From an uncultured Gammaproteobacteria bacterium (lineage in GTDB: Bacteria; Pseudomonadota; Gammaproteobacteria; Xanthomonadales; Rhodanobacteraceae), in contig CAWJZF010000004.1 of assembly GCA_963847335.1 (NCBI GenBank), forward strand, positions 269,063-333,062: 64,000 bases of DNA. The letters are read 5' to 3'. Below the pieces are notes generated by a model that was not told the DNA's origin, ran no database searches, and was given only the letters and a program-made list of their open reading frames with translations. This document shows positions 33,569-43,849 of this stretch, piece by piece (positions within the stretch are counted from its first letter, which is position 1; every line of letters starts with the position of its first letter). The translations under genes were made by a program, and so were the position numbers.

Positions 33569-34168
33569 TTACCTGTGCGGTACCGCCACGGCGGTACGCA
33601 CGATCACGCGCCTCGGGCCGCCCCAGTAGGGGCCGAAGCCGCCGTAACCGTAGCCCCAGGGGCCGTATCCGTACGGACCCCAGCCCGGACCCCAGAACGG
33701 GTCGTAGTAGCCCGGCGGATAGCGATAGACCACCGCTTGGGCCACAGGTAGACCACGTCGGCCTCGACCCGCGGATAGGCGTAATCGAAATCGCCGACCT
33801 TCTGCGAGACGGCGCCATGCACGGTACCGGTCACGGTGATCTCGCGACCGCGGGTAAAGACTTCCGGATCGTAGAAGCCATCGCGGCAGGCCACGAAACG
33901 GCCCTGGGTCTGGCCGTCGTGGCCGCCGGTCGGGCGTGCCTGGTTGTCGAGCGGTTCGGATAGCACGAAGAAGCAGGTCTGTTGCGGACCCGGCTCGGTC
34001 TTGATGATCTCGCCGCCCCAGCGGACCTTCGCACCGGGCGCGCCGCCTTGCTGCGCGTTCGCGGTGGATACTTCGTTGAAGGTGCCTTCGAGCGGCTTGC
34101 GGAACCGTGGCGCAGGCACCCAGTGCCAGCGTCGCAGCGACTACGGCCAACGGTTTGTACATGGACAT
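33569..34168 (-). CDS. Slp-family outer membrane lipoprotein (frameshifted)
   Basis: Lipobox LGAC; VRWGGEII, GRFVAC..GFYDPEVF..GREITVTG, YAYP. Confidence 0.85.
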   Translation of the reverse strand: MSMYKPLAVVAATLALGACATVPQAARRHLQRSIHRERAARRRARCEGPLGRRDHQDRAGSATDLLLRAIRTARQPGTPDRRPRRPDPGPFRGLPRWLLRSGSLYPRSRDHRDRYRAWRRLAEGRRFRLRLSAGRGRRGLPVAQAVVYRYPPGYYDPFWGPGWGPYGYGPWGYGYGGFGPYWGGPRRVIVRTAVAVPHR

Positions 34169-34231
34169 GACGAATCTCCCTATGGGTGGCCGGTTCGCGA
34201 CGCATCTCGTCGCAATCCGGGGGGATAGCTG

Positions 34232-36219
34232 CTATTTGACCATGCGACCGGGATGAAAGTCCCGAATCATGCGGCGGAACAACACCAATGATTCAGGCGG
34301 CGGTTCGTCATGACCATAACGCGCGTCCAGATAGAACCTTTGTATCCGTTCAAGTTCCGTCCGTCGCGCCGGCAACGCGCGCGCCGCGCGCGCAAGATAA
34401 TGCTGAGGACCCTCGCTGGCGCGGCGGGTGATACCGACACGGCCGAGCTTTCGCTCGAGTCGTGCCATGGTCACCTGCCAGGCCTCGCCGTCGCGTCGCT
34501 GGAGCAGTGCCCAGCCCAGCGCCACGATGACGAGTACCGCGCAGCCGACCGCCAGCACGATCGAAAGCGTGCCGACGCTCGCCTGGCGGATCCCGAACGG
34601 TGTCAGCAGACCTTGCTGGCGTAGTGCGTCAAACCCGATAACGCCCCGGCCCCACCATTGGTTGACGATGTCCCAGTGGTTGCGCAGCGACTTCAGCCAT
34701 CCATCCTGGTACCAGGCGGTGCCGCTGCCGGCGTTCGCCGATGCGCCTTCGGTGATGCGGCTGGGACGGACCACGCCGGTGGGGTCGACGCGTGTCCAGC
34801 CGCGTCCGGCCAGCCAGACCTCGCTCCACGCATGCGCGTCGGACTGGCGCACCAGCAGGTAGTTGCCCATCGCGTTCCAGTAACCGCCCTGGTACCCGGT
34901 GACGACGCGCGCCGGCACGCCGGCGGCGCGCATGAGGAAGGTGAAGGCGGATGAATAATGTTCGCAGAATCCTTCGCGCGTATCGAAGATGAAATCATCG
35001 ACACTGTCGCGACCGAGTGGTGCGGGCGCCAGGGTGTAGCGGAAGCCGCCGTCATGAAAGAGCGTCAGCGCCGCGCGAACGATGGCGGCATCGTCGTTGC
35101 CGTATTGCTGTCGCCAGCCTTCGGCGAGCGCGCGGGCGCGCGGGTCGAAGCCGGTCGGGCAGGCTGCAGGCCGAGGGCGCGGCTGCGATCGTCCAGCGAG
35201 GGATCCAGCCGGTAGGTCACGCTCGAGGTCAGCCGGTAGCGACGCGCTTCGTCGACATTGTGTTGGGCGAAGATCTCGTGATCGTTCGACAGGTCCGCGT
35301 TCTCCGGTGCCGCCACCGGCACGTCCAGCGCGGGGAGGACGCGCCGGTGGGTCGGTTCGAGGGTGATTTCGTATGAGCTCGTGCGTCCCGGTTCCAGGGT
35401 CGACTGGCGATGAACCAGGCCCGGGCCGCCATAGGCCCAGGCGCGGCCGTCGAAGCGCCACATGACGAAGGCACGGAAATAGCGCTGCTCATTCGGCGGT
35501 GGCGCGCCGTCGAAAACGACGCGCAAGGCCGGGGAGTCGTCGACCAGCAGGTCGGTCAGGTCGCCCGGTGCCATCTGGTTGCTGAGGCCGGTGCGGACCT
35601 GGTCGTTGCCCGGCGTACCCCAGAGCGGCGATCCCAGACGCGGCACGAAGAGGAAGGCGAACAAGGCCAGTGGAATGGCCGCGGCCAGGGTCAGCAGGAC
35701 CGGCGGCAGGCTGCCGGCCAGGCTGATCTCCGGCTGCGCCGTTTCAAGCGAGCGCAACGTCGCCAGCGCGGGGGCGAGCGCAAGCGCCACCAGCGCGGTC
35801 ACGACCATGCCTTGCTCGAACAGCAGCACGCTCATCAACGCGAAGCAGGCGAAGGCGATACCGACGCGCGCGTCGCGGATGCGTTCGCTCTCCAGCAGCT
35901 TGAGCACAAGCAGGCCGACGGCGAAGGCGCTGCCCGGTTCGCGACCGAACAGGCTGCCGTAATGGCCGACGATGGCGGCCAGCAGCAGGCCGATCATCGG
36001 CAGCTTCAACCACAACGGTGCACGCCTGCCGTTGCGGCGGCGTTGTTGCCAGCGCCCGATCAGGACCGCTCCCAGGGGCGCGACCATCCACCAGGGCAAA
36101 TGCACCGCATGCAGGCCGAGCACGCAGGCCATGGTCAGGCAGAGCAGGTCGAACGCGCGCGGCGACAGCGGCACCTCGGCCGGATGCGTCGGACGCAATG
36201 AAGGGCGCGCGCGGGTCAT
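34232..36219 (-). CDS. TgpA-like membrane transglutaminase (frameshift near 35160)
   Basis: N-terminal TM block; GFCEHYS, RVVTGYQGG, DAHAWSEVW. Confidence 0.88.
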
Positions 36220-37178
36220 GGCTGCAGAGCCAGGGCCGTCATGCAACGGTGATAGTGCTCGTCGCCTTGCGCCACGTCGAAATAACGGTCGGGCAATTGC
36301 AGGCTCCAGCGCCGGCCTTCACCGTGCGCTTCGTCGATCCAGCGGGCGATGCGCGAGATGCGCGATTCGCTGTCCATGCCATGCATGCTCTGCCAGTCGA
36401 GCCGCCAGTCGCGCTTGGGCGAGGGTTGCTCCAGGTCCTTCACCAGCAGGTCGTGATGACGCGCGCTGAGCTTCCAGGCGATCTGCCGCAGCGGGTCGCC
36501 GGGACGGTAATCGCGTAGCGCCGCAAGTTCGTCGCCGCTGCGCGGACGTCCCCGGTCGGCATCGCTTTCCGGTTCGTAAGGCGCCGGCCCGAACGCTTCC
36601 GGTCGCGGATAGACAAGCACGGATTCATCCGGATTGAGCCAGCTCCAGGCGCGGAACATGCCTAGCGGCCAGGTGCTGTAGACGCGGATACGCGGCAGTG
36701 GCTGCCAGCCGCGGTGCTCGGTCGATAGCGCGAACTCGACCGTGGCCGCCCCTTGCCGCGGCACGACAATGCCGACCTTCTGTTCATTGGCATCCAGGTG
36801 CACGCCGGGGCGGACCCGCGCGCCGCCGGTGACATCGAAGCTCACCGGAAGTGGCATGCCGGCGACCGCATTGCCGGCGCGCAAGCCACCGAGGCCCAGG
36901 CCGTTGAGTACGCGGAACGCGCTCAGCATGCTGCCGGCGGTTGCCGCGCCGAGCAGGCAGGTCAGCAGCAGGGCGGCGTTGTTCGCATAGTTGAGCGAAC
37001 CGACCAGCATGACCGCGAGCAGGACGGCGAAGCCGAGGCCGAAGCCGGTCGGCACGATATAGATGCGCCGACGGTGCAGCACGATGGGCAGCGGCTCGCG
37101 CTGGCGCATGCGGGTCAGCGAGGGCAATCGCTTTTCGGCGAGCGCCTGGATCCGGTGCCAGCGATCGGCGAGGCTCAT
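36216..37178 (-). CDS. DUF58 protein
   Basis: IYIVPTGFG, PLGMFRAW, LRDYRPGDPLRQIAWKLSAR. Confidence 0.88.
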   Translation of the reverse strand: MSLADRWHRIQALAEKRLPSLTRMRQREPLPIVLHRRRIYIVPTGFGLGFAVLLAVMLVGSLNYANNAALLLTCLLGAATAGSMLSAFRVLNGLGLGGLRAGNAVAGMPLPVSFDVTGGARVRPGVHLDANEQKVGIVVPRQGAATVEFALSTEHRGWQPLPRIRVYSTWPLGMFRAWSWLNPDESVLVYPRPEAFGPAPYEPESDADRGRPRSGDELAALRDYRPGDPLRQIAWKLSARHHDLLVKDLEQPSPKRDWRLDWQSMHGMDSESRISRIARWIDEAHGEGRRWSLQLPDRYFDVAQGDEHYHRCMTALALQP

Positions 37179-38120
37179 CAGCCGACCGCTACCTCGGCGA
37201 GCAGGCTGCGCGCGATCGATTCGCGCTGGCTGCCCTTGCCGGGAATCAACCGGTGCGCGGCAACCGGGACGAAAACCGTCTGCACGTCCTCGGGAATGAC
37301 GTAGTGCCTGCCGCTGACCAGGGCCCAGCTGCGCGCGGCGGCGAGCAGGGCAAGCCCGGCGCGCGGCGACAGGCCGACGCGTACATCGGCATGCTTGCGG
37401 CTGGCACCGAGCAAGGCCTGCAGGTAATCGAGCAGGGCCGAGCTGACGGTGACCTGCCGGCTGCATCGCATGCAGCGAGGCGATCGCCTCGGCGTCGAGG
37501 CAGGGCGACAGCCTGGCCAGCAGGTCGCGGCGATCGGTACCGGCCAGAAGCGCGCGCTCGGCGGCGGCGTCCGGGTAGTCCAGGCTCAGGCGCAACATGA
37601 AGCGATCGAGCTGCGAATCGGGCAGGGGGAACGTACCGGCGAGGTCGAGCGGATTCTGCGTGGCAACGACGAAGAACGGCGCGGGCAGGCGATGGGTCTG
37701 GCCGTCGACCGTGGTCTGTCCTTCGGCCATTGCCTCGAGCAGGGCGCTCTGGGTCTTCGGCGTCGCACGGTTGATTTCGTCGGCGAGCAGGAGGCGGGTG
37801 AAGATCGGGCCCGGATGGAAACGGAAGGTGCCCGTCTCGCGCTCATAGACGCTGACCCCGATAATGTCCGACGGCAGCAGGTCGCTGGTGAACTGGATAC
37901 GCTGGAAGTCGAGGTCCAGGGTGGCGGCCAGGGCATGGGCCAGGGTGGTCTTGCCCACGCCGGGCACGTCCTCGAGCAGCAGATGCCCGCCGGCGACCAG
38001 GCAGGTGAAGGCGAGTTTCACCTGGCGCGGTTTGCCGAGCAGTACGCCATTGACCTGGGCCAGCGCGGCCTCGAGTCGCTGGTGCGTGAGTTCATCGCGA
38101 AGCGGAGTCGTTGCGGACAT
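37178..38120 (-). CDS. MoxR-family AAA ATPase (frameshift near 37465)
   Basis: EDVPGVGKT, RIQFTSDLLPSD, DEINRATPKTQSALL. Confidence 0.92.
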
Positions 38121-38155
38121 GATCGAGAGAAGCGCCTTCTGGCCGGGTCGGAACG

Positions 38156-39739
38156 ATGCGTGACCGCTGGAGTGTAGCCGTCGGCGACCGAGGCTGGCGA
38201 GGTGGGTTTCTTATTGCCTTCTTCATCTTGCAGGCGATCAAGCTCGGCGTGGCGGCGACGCTCGCCCCATTCGGCGACGAAGCGTTCTACTGGCAGGAAA
38301 GCCTGCGTCCGGCCTGGGGCTACAGCGACCTGCCGCCGTTGACCGCGTGGCTGATCCGTGGCGGCGAAGCGGTCGCCGGACACGGCCTGCTGGGCATGCG
38401 CTGGCCCTTCCTGCTGATCGGCGCGGCCCTGCCATGGCTGGTCGTGGCCTACGCCCGCCGTACCTTCGATGCGCGCGCCGGCTGGCAGGCCGGGCTGCTT
38501 TGCCTCGCCTTGCCGCTGGCGGGCAGCCTCGGCGTGCTTGCACTGCCCGATGTACCCCTGACGTTCGCCATCATGCTGGCCCTCTACGCGCTGGTCCGCG
38601 CGCTGGACGAACAACGCCCGTGGCAATGGAGCCTGCTCGGTGTCGCGCTGGCGATCGCGTGGATGACCCACTATCGCGCGGCGATGCCGATGTTCGCCGG
38701 CCTGCTGCTGTTCGTCTTCACGCCGCGAGGCCGTGCGCAGTGGCGGCGTCCCGGCTTCTGGCTGTCGATGGTCATTGCCGCGCTGGGCCTGCTGCCCTTG
38801 CTGGCGTTCAACCTCGAGCAGCGCGGCGTGGGCATCGGTTTCCAGTTGGTCGAACGCAATCCCTGGACCTTTCACGCCGATGCACTGGTCCAGCCACTGG
38901 AACAGGCGATGACCTGTACGCCGCTGCTTTATGGCCTGTTGCTGTGGGCGGCATGGCGAAGCTGGCGGCGACGCAACGAGCCGTCGTGGGATGTCATCGC
39001 GATCGTCGCGGCGACTTTCCTGCTGGCGTATTTCTTCTTCGGTCTGTTTGCCGACGACCTGCGCTTTCGCGTGCATTGGCCATTGCCTGGGTATTTGCCC
39101 TTGCTCGCGGCTTTGCCGGTTCTGTTGCGCGATGAAACGTGGCAACGCCGCTGGCCGCGACGTTTGCTGATGGTCGCCTTCGCCCTGGCGGGCGTCGTGC
39201 AATTGCTTGGGATGGGTTATCTCGCGCTCGCGGCCAGTCGCGACGGCGCGACGGTGCTGGCCGATGCGAAGGCCTTTCCGGCGAACTTCGTCGGCTGGCG
39301 CGAGAGTGGCGTCGAAGCGCGCCGTCTGCTTGGCGAGGACAAGGTGCTGGTGGCGGACAATTTCATGCTGGCCGCCGAACTGGATTTCCAGCTTGGCGGA
39401 ACGCTGCCGGTCTATGCACTCGACAATCCGCTGAACACCAAACATGGGCGTGCGCCCCAGCTGGCGATATGGCGGCTCGATGAGCAGGCGTTACGCGCGG
39501 CACACGGCGGACAGACCGTGTTGCTCGCGGTGGAGGAAACCGCCTTGCGCGAGCGCGAGCGGCAGTCGTGGCTATCGTCGATATGCATGCGGGTCGCGTC
39601 GCCGCAACCGCTGTCGCGGCTGGACCTGTTTGGCGGTCGCAAGCGCATTGCGTTCTACAGGATCCGTGTGCCGTCGGCGACGACCGGCAGCGGCGGCGAC
39701 TGCGTCTTCTGGCAGGCCTATATCGCGGCTAGGGGATAG
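38156..39739 (+). CDS. GT-C glycosyltransferase (family 39/ArnT-like)
   Basis: DEAFYW...GYSDLPPL motif; polytopic membrane protein. Confidence 0.8.
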   Translation: MRDRWSVAVGDRGWRGGFLIAFFILQAIKLGVAATLAPFGDEAFYWQESLRPAWGYSDLPPLTAWLIRGGEAVAGHGLLGMRWPFLLIGAALPWLVVAYARRTFDARAGWQAGLLCLALPLAGSLGVLALPDVPLTFAIMLALYALVRALDEQRPWQWSLLGVALAIAWMTHYRAAMPMFAGLLLFVFTPRGRAQWRRPGFWLSMVIAALGLLPLLAFNLEQRGVGIGFQLVERNPWTFHADALVQPLEQAMTCTPLLYGLLLWAAWRSWRRRNEPSWDVIAIVAATFLLAYFFFGLFADDLRFRVHWPLPGYLPLLAALPVLLRDETWQRRWPRRLLMVAFALAGVVQLLGMGYLALAASRDGATVLADAKAFPANFVGWRESGVEARRLLGEDKVLVADNFMLAAELDFQLGGTLPVYALDNPLNTKHGRAPQLAIWRLDEQALRAAHGGQTVLLAVEETALRERERQSWLSSICMRVASPQPLSRLDLFGGRKRIAFYRIRVPSATTGSGGDCVFWQAYIAARG

Positions 39740-40319
39740 CGACGCCGGCATTGCGCAGGAGCCGCGCCAGTGCGATCAGCGGCAGCCCGACCAGGGCGGT
39801 GGGATCGTCCGTTTCGATGCGCTCGAACAGGCTGATGCCAAGCCCTTCGCACTTGAAGCTGCCCGCGCAGTCCATTGGGCTTTCGCGGTCGACGTAGCGG
39901 GCGATTTCCTCCGTTCCCAGCAAGCGGAAGCCGACGCGTGTCTGGTCCAGGGCGGTGGCGATGCGCTGGTGCCCCGGACGCGTGTCGACCAGGCAGACCG
40001 CGGTCTGGAAATAGACGTCCCGGCCGGAGCTGCTGGCCAGCTGGGCGCGCGCGGCGTCGGCCGTGCCGGGTTTGTCGAGGACACGGCCATCCAGTTCGGC
40101 CACCTGATCCGAACCGATGACCAGGGCGCCCGGTTCGGCGGCCGCCACCGCTTCGGCCTTGGCCACGGCCAGGCGTAGCGCGCGCTCGCCCGGGGTTTCT
40201 TCCGGCAGCGACGCCTCGTCGGTGCCCGGCGAACGTCGTTCGAAGTCGGTCAACAGGCGGCCAAGCAGTTCCGCGCGGTAGCGGGAGGTCGAGGCCAGGA
40301 TGATGCGTGGCGGATTCAT
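39729..40319 (-). CDS. Maf/YceF-type nucleoside triphosphate pyrophosphatase
   Basis: ILASTSRYRAELL, IGSDQV, CAGSFKCEGLG. Confidence 0.92.
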   Translation of the reverse strand: MNPPRIILASTSRYRAELLGRLLTDFERRSPGTDEASLPEETPGERALRLAVAKAEAVAAAEPGALVIGSDQVAELDGRVLDKPGTADAARAQLASSSGRDVYFQTAVCLVDTRPGHQRIATALDQTRVGFRLLGTEEIARYVDRESPMDCAGSFKCEGLGISLFERIETDDPTALVGLPLIALARLLRNAGVAIP

Positions 40320-40321
40320 CG

Positions 40322-40768
40322 TCAGAACTCCCGGTGGATATGCTCGCGAACGGCCAGGTCCAGTGCGTTCTGCGCCTCGTCGAGCGCCCGCAGCCGGGGT
40401 TCGAGCTGCTGGCGGGCGCGGGCAAGGGCGCTGACCGCCTCGTCCAGTTCACGCTGGCTGGCGGCGGGGGCCTGGTCGCGGATCCACAGGCGCTGCTGGA
40501 GCAGGGCGCGCAGGCCCGAATCCAGCGCCTGCTGGGCTTCCAGCTCGCCGGCGGCCGGCAGGTCGGGGCTTACCGTCATCACCGCGTGGGCTTTCTGCAG
40601 ACGCTCGCGACAATCCTTGAGGTCCCATTCCAGGTGGTCGGCATGATCGAGCAGATCCTGCAGCGACGAATTCCGCCGCCGCGACCGGCCCACGATGAGG
40701 ACGCCGACGATCAGGCCGATGGCGACCAGCAGGAGTACGACAAGCCCATAGGCGGCGTAGGCGAACAA
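40322..40768 (-). CDS. Hypothetical membrane-anchored coiled-coil protein
   Basis: N-terminal TM then helical region; abuts the Maf gene. Confidence 0.7.
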   Translation of the reverse strand: MFAYAAYGLVVLLLVAIGLIVGVLIVGRSRRRNSSLQDLLDHADHLEWDLKDCRERLQKAHAVMTVSPDLPAAGELEAQQALDSGLRALLQQRLWIRDQAPAASQRELDEAVSALARARQQLEPRLRALDEAQNALDLAVREHIHREF

Positions 40769-40895
40769 GGGGGATCCTTCGTAGGGAACGACCGGGAAGA
40801 GGAGTCTGCCTGAACGGGACCGGCCGGGCGAGCCACCGCGGTGGCCCGGGATGGGTCATACTTGCTCGCTTCCTTGCCTTTCCCTCCCTAAAGTA

Positions 40896-40924
40896 TTGAC
40901 TTCAGGGGCTTCCGTGCCTAACAT
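40896..40924 (+). promoter_or_regulatory. Sigma70 promoter of yceD-rpmF
   Basis: TTGACT-17 bp-TAACAT. Confidence 0.65.
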
Positions 40925-40933
40925 TTCGCGATT

Positions 40934-41452
40934 ATGTCCGTGACACTGCCATCGTCCGTGGACGCTTGGCGCATGGTTTCGGCGCGGCGTTCCTTCCAGG
41001 GTGTGTTGCCCGTGTCCGGTTTTCCCCGGCTGGGCGAGGTCATTGCTGCGCCTGACGGCGAGGTGACCTACGAACTGGAGTTCGGCAGGGACGAGTTCGG
41101 GATCGCCTATGTCGCCGTGCGGGCACAGGCGCCATTGACCCTGATCTGCCAGCGGTCGCTGGACCCGTTCGTGCTGCGGGTGGAAGTCGATACCAGGCTC
41201 GGTCTGCTGGTCGACGAGCGGGAAGAGGCCGCGTTGCCGCCAGGCTACGAGCCGCTGCTGGTGGAAGAAGATGGAAAACTCGATCCGGCTTCCGTGATCG
41301 AAGACGAATTGCTGTTGGTGTTGCCGCTGGTTCCGGTCAATCCGGACAGCACGCTGCCCGACGACATTGCTGGGCCTGACGAGGACGAGCCGTCCTTGCA
41401 GGGTGCTTCGGAAAACCCGTTCGCGATATTGCGCGAACTCAAGAATCGATAG
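40934..41452 (+). CDS. yceD: YceD (DUF177) protein
   Basis: CQRSL, IEDELLLVLPLVP, ENPFAIL; upstream of rpmF. Confidence 0.92.
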   Translation: MSVTLPSSVDAWRMVSARRSFQGVLPVSGFPRLGEVIAAPDGEVTYELEFGRDEFGIAYVAVRAQAPLTLICQRSLDPFVLRVEVDTRLGLLVDEREEAALPPGYEPLLVEEDGKLDPASVIEDELLLVLPLVPVNPDSTLPDDIAGPDEDEPSLQGASENPFAILRELKNR

Positions 41453-41473
41453 ATTTCGCTGGAGTGAAGAGTC

Positions 41474-41668
41474 ATGGCAGTTGCCAAGAGCCGCAAGACC
41501 CCGTCCACCCGCGGCATGCGTCGCTCGCACGATGCGCTGACGACCGTGCAGCTGTCGACCGACCCGACCAGCGGTGAGGTGCACCTGCGCCATCACGTGA
41601 CCAAGGACGGCTACTACCGCGGCAAGAAGGTCATCGAAACGCGCGGTGCCGTCGAAGTCGAGGATTGA
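41474..41668 (+). CDS. rpmF: 50S ribosomal protein L32
   Basis: [19 protein letters not shown]...GEVHLRHH...GYYRG. Confidence 0.97.
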   Translation: MAVAKSRKTPSTRGMRRSHDALTTVQLSTDPTSGEVHLRHHVTKDGYYRGKKVIETRGAVEVED

Positions 41669-41824
41669 TCGTTTCCTTCGGGGAATGATTCCGCAAACGG
41701 CGCGGTAACGCGCCGTTTTGCGTTCTGTGGATACTAGAAGGCAGGCCTCCGGGCCATCGCCATCCACCAGAAGGTCGGCCGACGCTTGCGCAGGCCCCGA
41801 CCGGCCCAGCCGAGGGGAACGATT

Positions 41825-42793
41825 CTGAAATACGCCCGCATTATCGGCACCGGCAGCGCGCTCCCCGAGCGCGTGGTGACCAATGCCGATATGGAAAAGA
41901 TCGTCGACACCACCGACGAATGGATTCGTACACGTACCGGGATTCGCCAGCGTCATATCGCCGCCGACGGGGAGACCACGGGCGATCTTGCATTTCTGGC
42001 CGCCCAGCGCGCCCTCGAAGCGGCCGGCGTGAAGGCCAGCGAGCTCGACCTGATCGTGCTCGGCACCACCACGCCCGATCTCGTCTTTCCGTCCACCGCC
42101 TGCCTGATCCAGCATCGGCTGGGCGCGAACGGTTGCGCGGCGTTCGACGTCAACGCGGCCTGTTCGGGTTTCGTCTATGCCCTCGGTGTCGCCAACAGTT
42201 TCATTCGTAGCGGCCAGTCCAGGCGCGTGCTGGTGGTCGGTGCCGAAACCCTGACCCGCATGGTCGACTGGACCGAGCGCGAATCGTGCGTGCTGTTCGG
42301 CGACGGTGCCGGCGCCGTCGTGCTGGAGGCCTCGGACGAACCGGGCATCCTCGCCACCTGCCTGCATGCCGATGGCGGCTTCAAGCATCTGCTCTACAGC
42401 CCGGTGGGCGTGTCGGTCGGCTTCAGCGACGAGCCCAATCACGGTGTTCGCATCACCATGAGCGGACGCGAGGTCTTCAAGGTCGCGGTCAAGACACTCG
42501 ATTCGCTCGTCGAGGAAACCCTTAAGGTCGCTGGCATGGTCGAGTCCGAGATCGACTGGCTGATCCCTCACCAGGCCAACCTGCGCATCATCGAGGCGAC
42601 CGCGAAGCGGCTGAATATGTCGATGGACCGGGTCATCGTCACCGTCGACCAGCATGCCAATACCTCGTCCGGTTCGGTGCCGCTGGCGCTGGATTTCGCC
42701 GTGCGCTCGGGCAAGGTCCAGCGTGGCCAGAACCTCTTGCTGGAGGCTTTTGGCGGCGGATTTACCTGGGCGTCGGCCTTGCTGCGGTACTGA
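41825..42793 (+). CDS. fabH: Beta-ketoacyl-ACP synthase III (start codon uncertain, possibly CTG)
   Basis: ARIIGTGS, AACSGF, PHQANLRII, ANTSS, GGGFTW. Confidence 0.95.
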   Translation: MKYARIIGTGSALPERVVTNADMEKIVDTTDEWIRTRTGIRQRHIAADGETTGDLAFLAAQRALEAAGVKASELDLIVLGTTTPDLVFPSTACLIQHRLGANGCAAFDVNAACSGFVYALGVANSFIRSGQSRRVLVVGAETLTRMVDWTERESCVLFGDGAGAVVLEASDEPGILATCLHADGGFKHLLYSPVGVSVGFSDEPNHGVRITMSGREVFKVAVKTLDSLVEETLKVAGMVESEIDWLIPHQANLRIIEATAKRLNMSMDRVIVTVDQHANTSSGSVPLALDFAVRSGKVQRGQNLLLEAFGGGFTWASALLRY

Positions 42794-42858
42794 TGGCTGC
42801 CTTTCGGCGGCCGATGCTGGCACCATTCGCGTTTTCCCGTCGCCATCGGTAGTCCTCT

Positions 42859-43809
42859 ATGTCTCACGCCTCGTCGTCGCTCGCGTTCGTTTTTCCCGGC
42901 CAGGGCTCCCAGAGTGTCGGCATGCTCGCCGATCTGGCGGCGACGCATCAGGAAGTGAAGGCCACGTTCGACGAAGCGTCGGCCGGCGCGGGCGTGGATC
43001 TTTGGGATATCTCGCAGCAAGGCCCGAAAGAGCGCCTCAACGCGACCGAGAACACGCAGCCGGCACTGCTGGCCGCGAGCATCGCCGTGTGGCGGGTCTG
43101 GCAGAAGCTGGGCGGCGCGACGCCGGCGATGCTGTCCGGACACAGCCTCGGCGAATACAGCGCCCTGGTCGCGGCCGGCGCGCTCTCGCTGCATGATGCC
43201 GCTGCCCTGGTCGCCGAACGCGGGCGCCTGATGCAGGTCGCTGTCCCGGCCGGCACCGGCGCGATGGCGGCCATCCTTGGTGGTGACGATGCGCAGATCG
43301 CCGAGGTTTGCCTCGAAGTCGCGAAAGGCCAGATCGTCGCTCCGGCGAACTTCAACTCCCCCGGCCAGCTGGTGATCGCCGGCGATGCCGCCGCGGTCGA
43401 TCGCGCCCTGGAGCGCCTGGCCGAGCTTGGCGTGAAGAAGGCGGTGAAGCTCGACGTGTCCGTTCCCTCGCACTGCATGCTGATGCGCGATGCGGCCGAA
43501 AGGCTCGGCGAACGCATGGCGGACATCGACTGGCACATGCCGTCCATTCCGGTGGTACAGAACGCCGACGCGCGCGTGCATGGCCAGATCCCGGATATCC
43601 GTGGCGCCCTGCAACGCCAGCTTTATCTGCCGGTGCGCTGGACGGAGTGCGTGCAGGCACTGGCCGGCGCAGGTATCGCGCGAGTCGCCGAATGCGGTCC
43701 GGGCAAGGTGCTTGCCGGCCTGATCAAGCGCATCGACAAATCGATCGAGGCGCGTGCCATTGGCACGCCGGCGGAGCTCGATGCCGCGCGGACCGAATGG
43801 TCGGCGTAA
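42859..43809 (+). CDS. fabD: Malonyl-CoA:ACP transacylase
   Basis: FPGQGSQ, GHSLGEY, SVPSH. Confidence 0.96.
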   Translation: MSHASSSLAFVFPGQGSQSVGMLADLAATHQEVKATFDEASAGAGVDLWDISQQGPKERLNATENTQPALLAASIAVWRVWQKLGGATPAMLSGHSLGEYSALVAAGALSLHDAAALVAERGRLMQVAVPAGTGAMAAILGGDDAQIAEVCLEVAKGQIVAPANFNSPGQLVIAGDAAAVDRALERLAELGVKKAVKLDVSVPSHCMLMRDAAERLGERMADIDWHMPSIPVVQNADARVHGQIPDIRGALQRQLYLPVRWTECVQALAGAGIARVAECGPGKVLAGLIKRIDKSIEARAIGTPAELDAARTEWSA

Positions 43810-43849
43810 ACCCCATTCCCCTTTCTTTCGAATTGAGCAGGAAACCGAA

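Noticed and set aside
36216-38120. 634-aa MoxR-DUF58 fusion ORF
   Set aside because: A frameshift near 37465 joins the frames; the MoxR C-terminus is in ORF 37178-37471.
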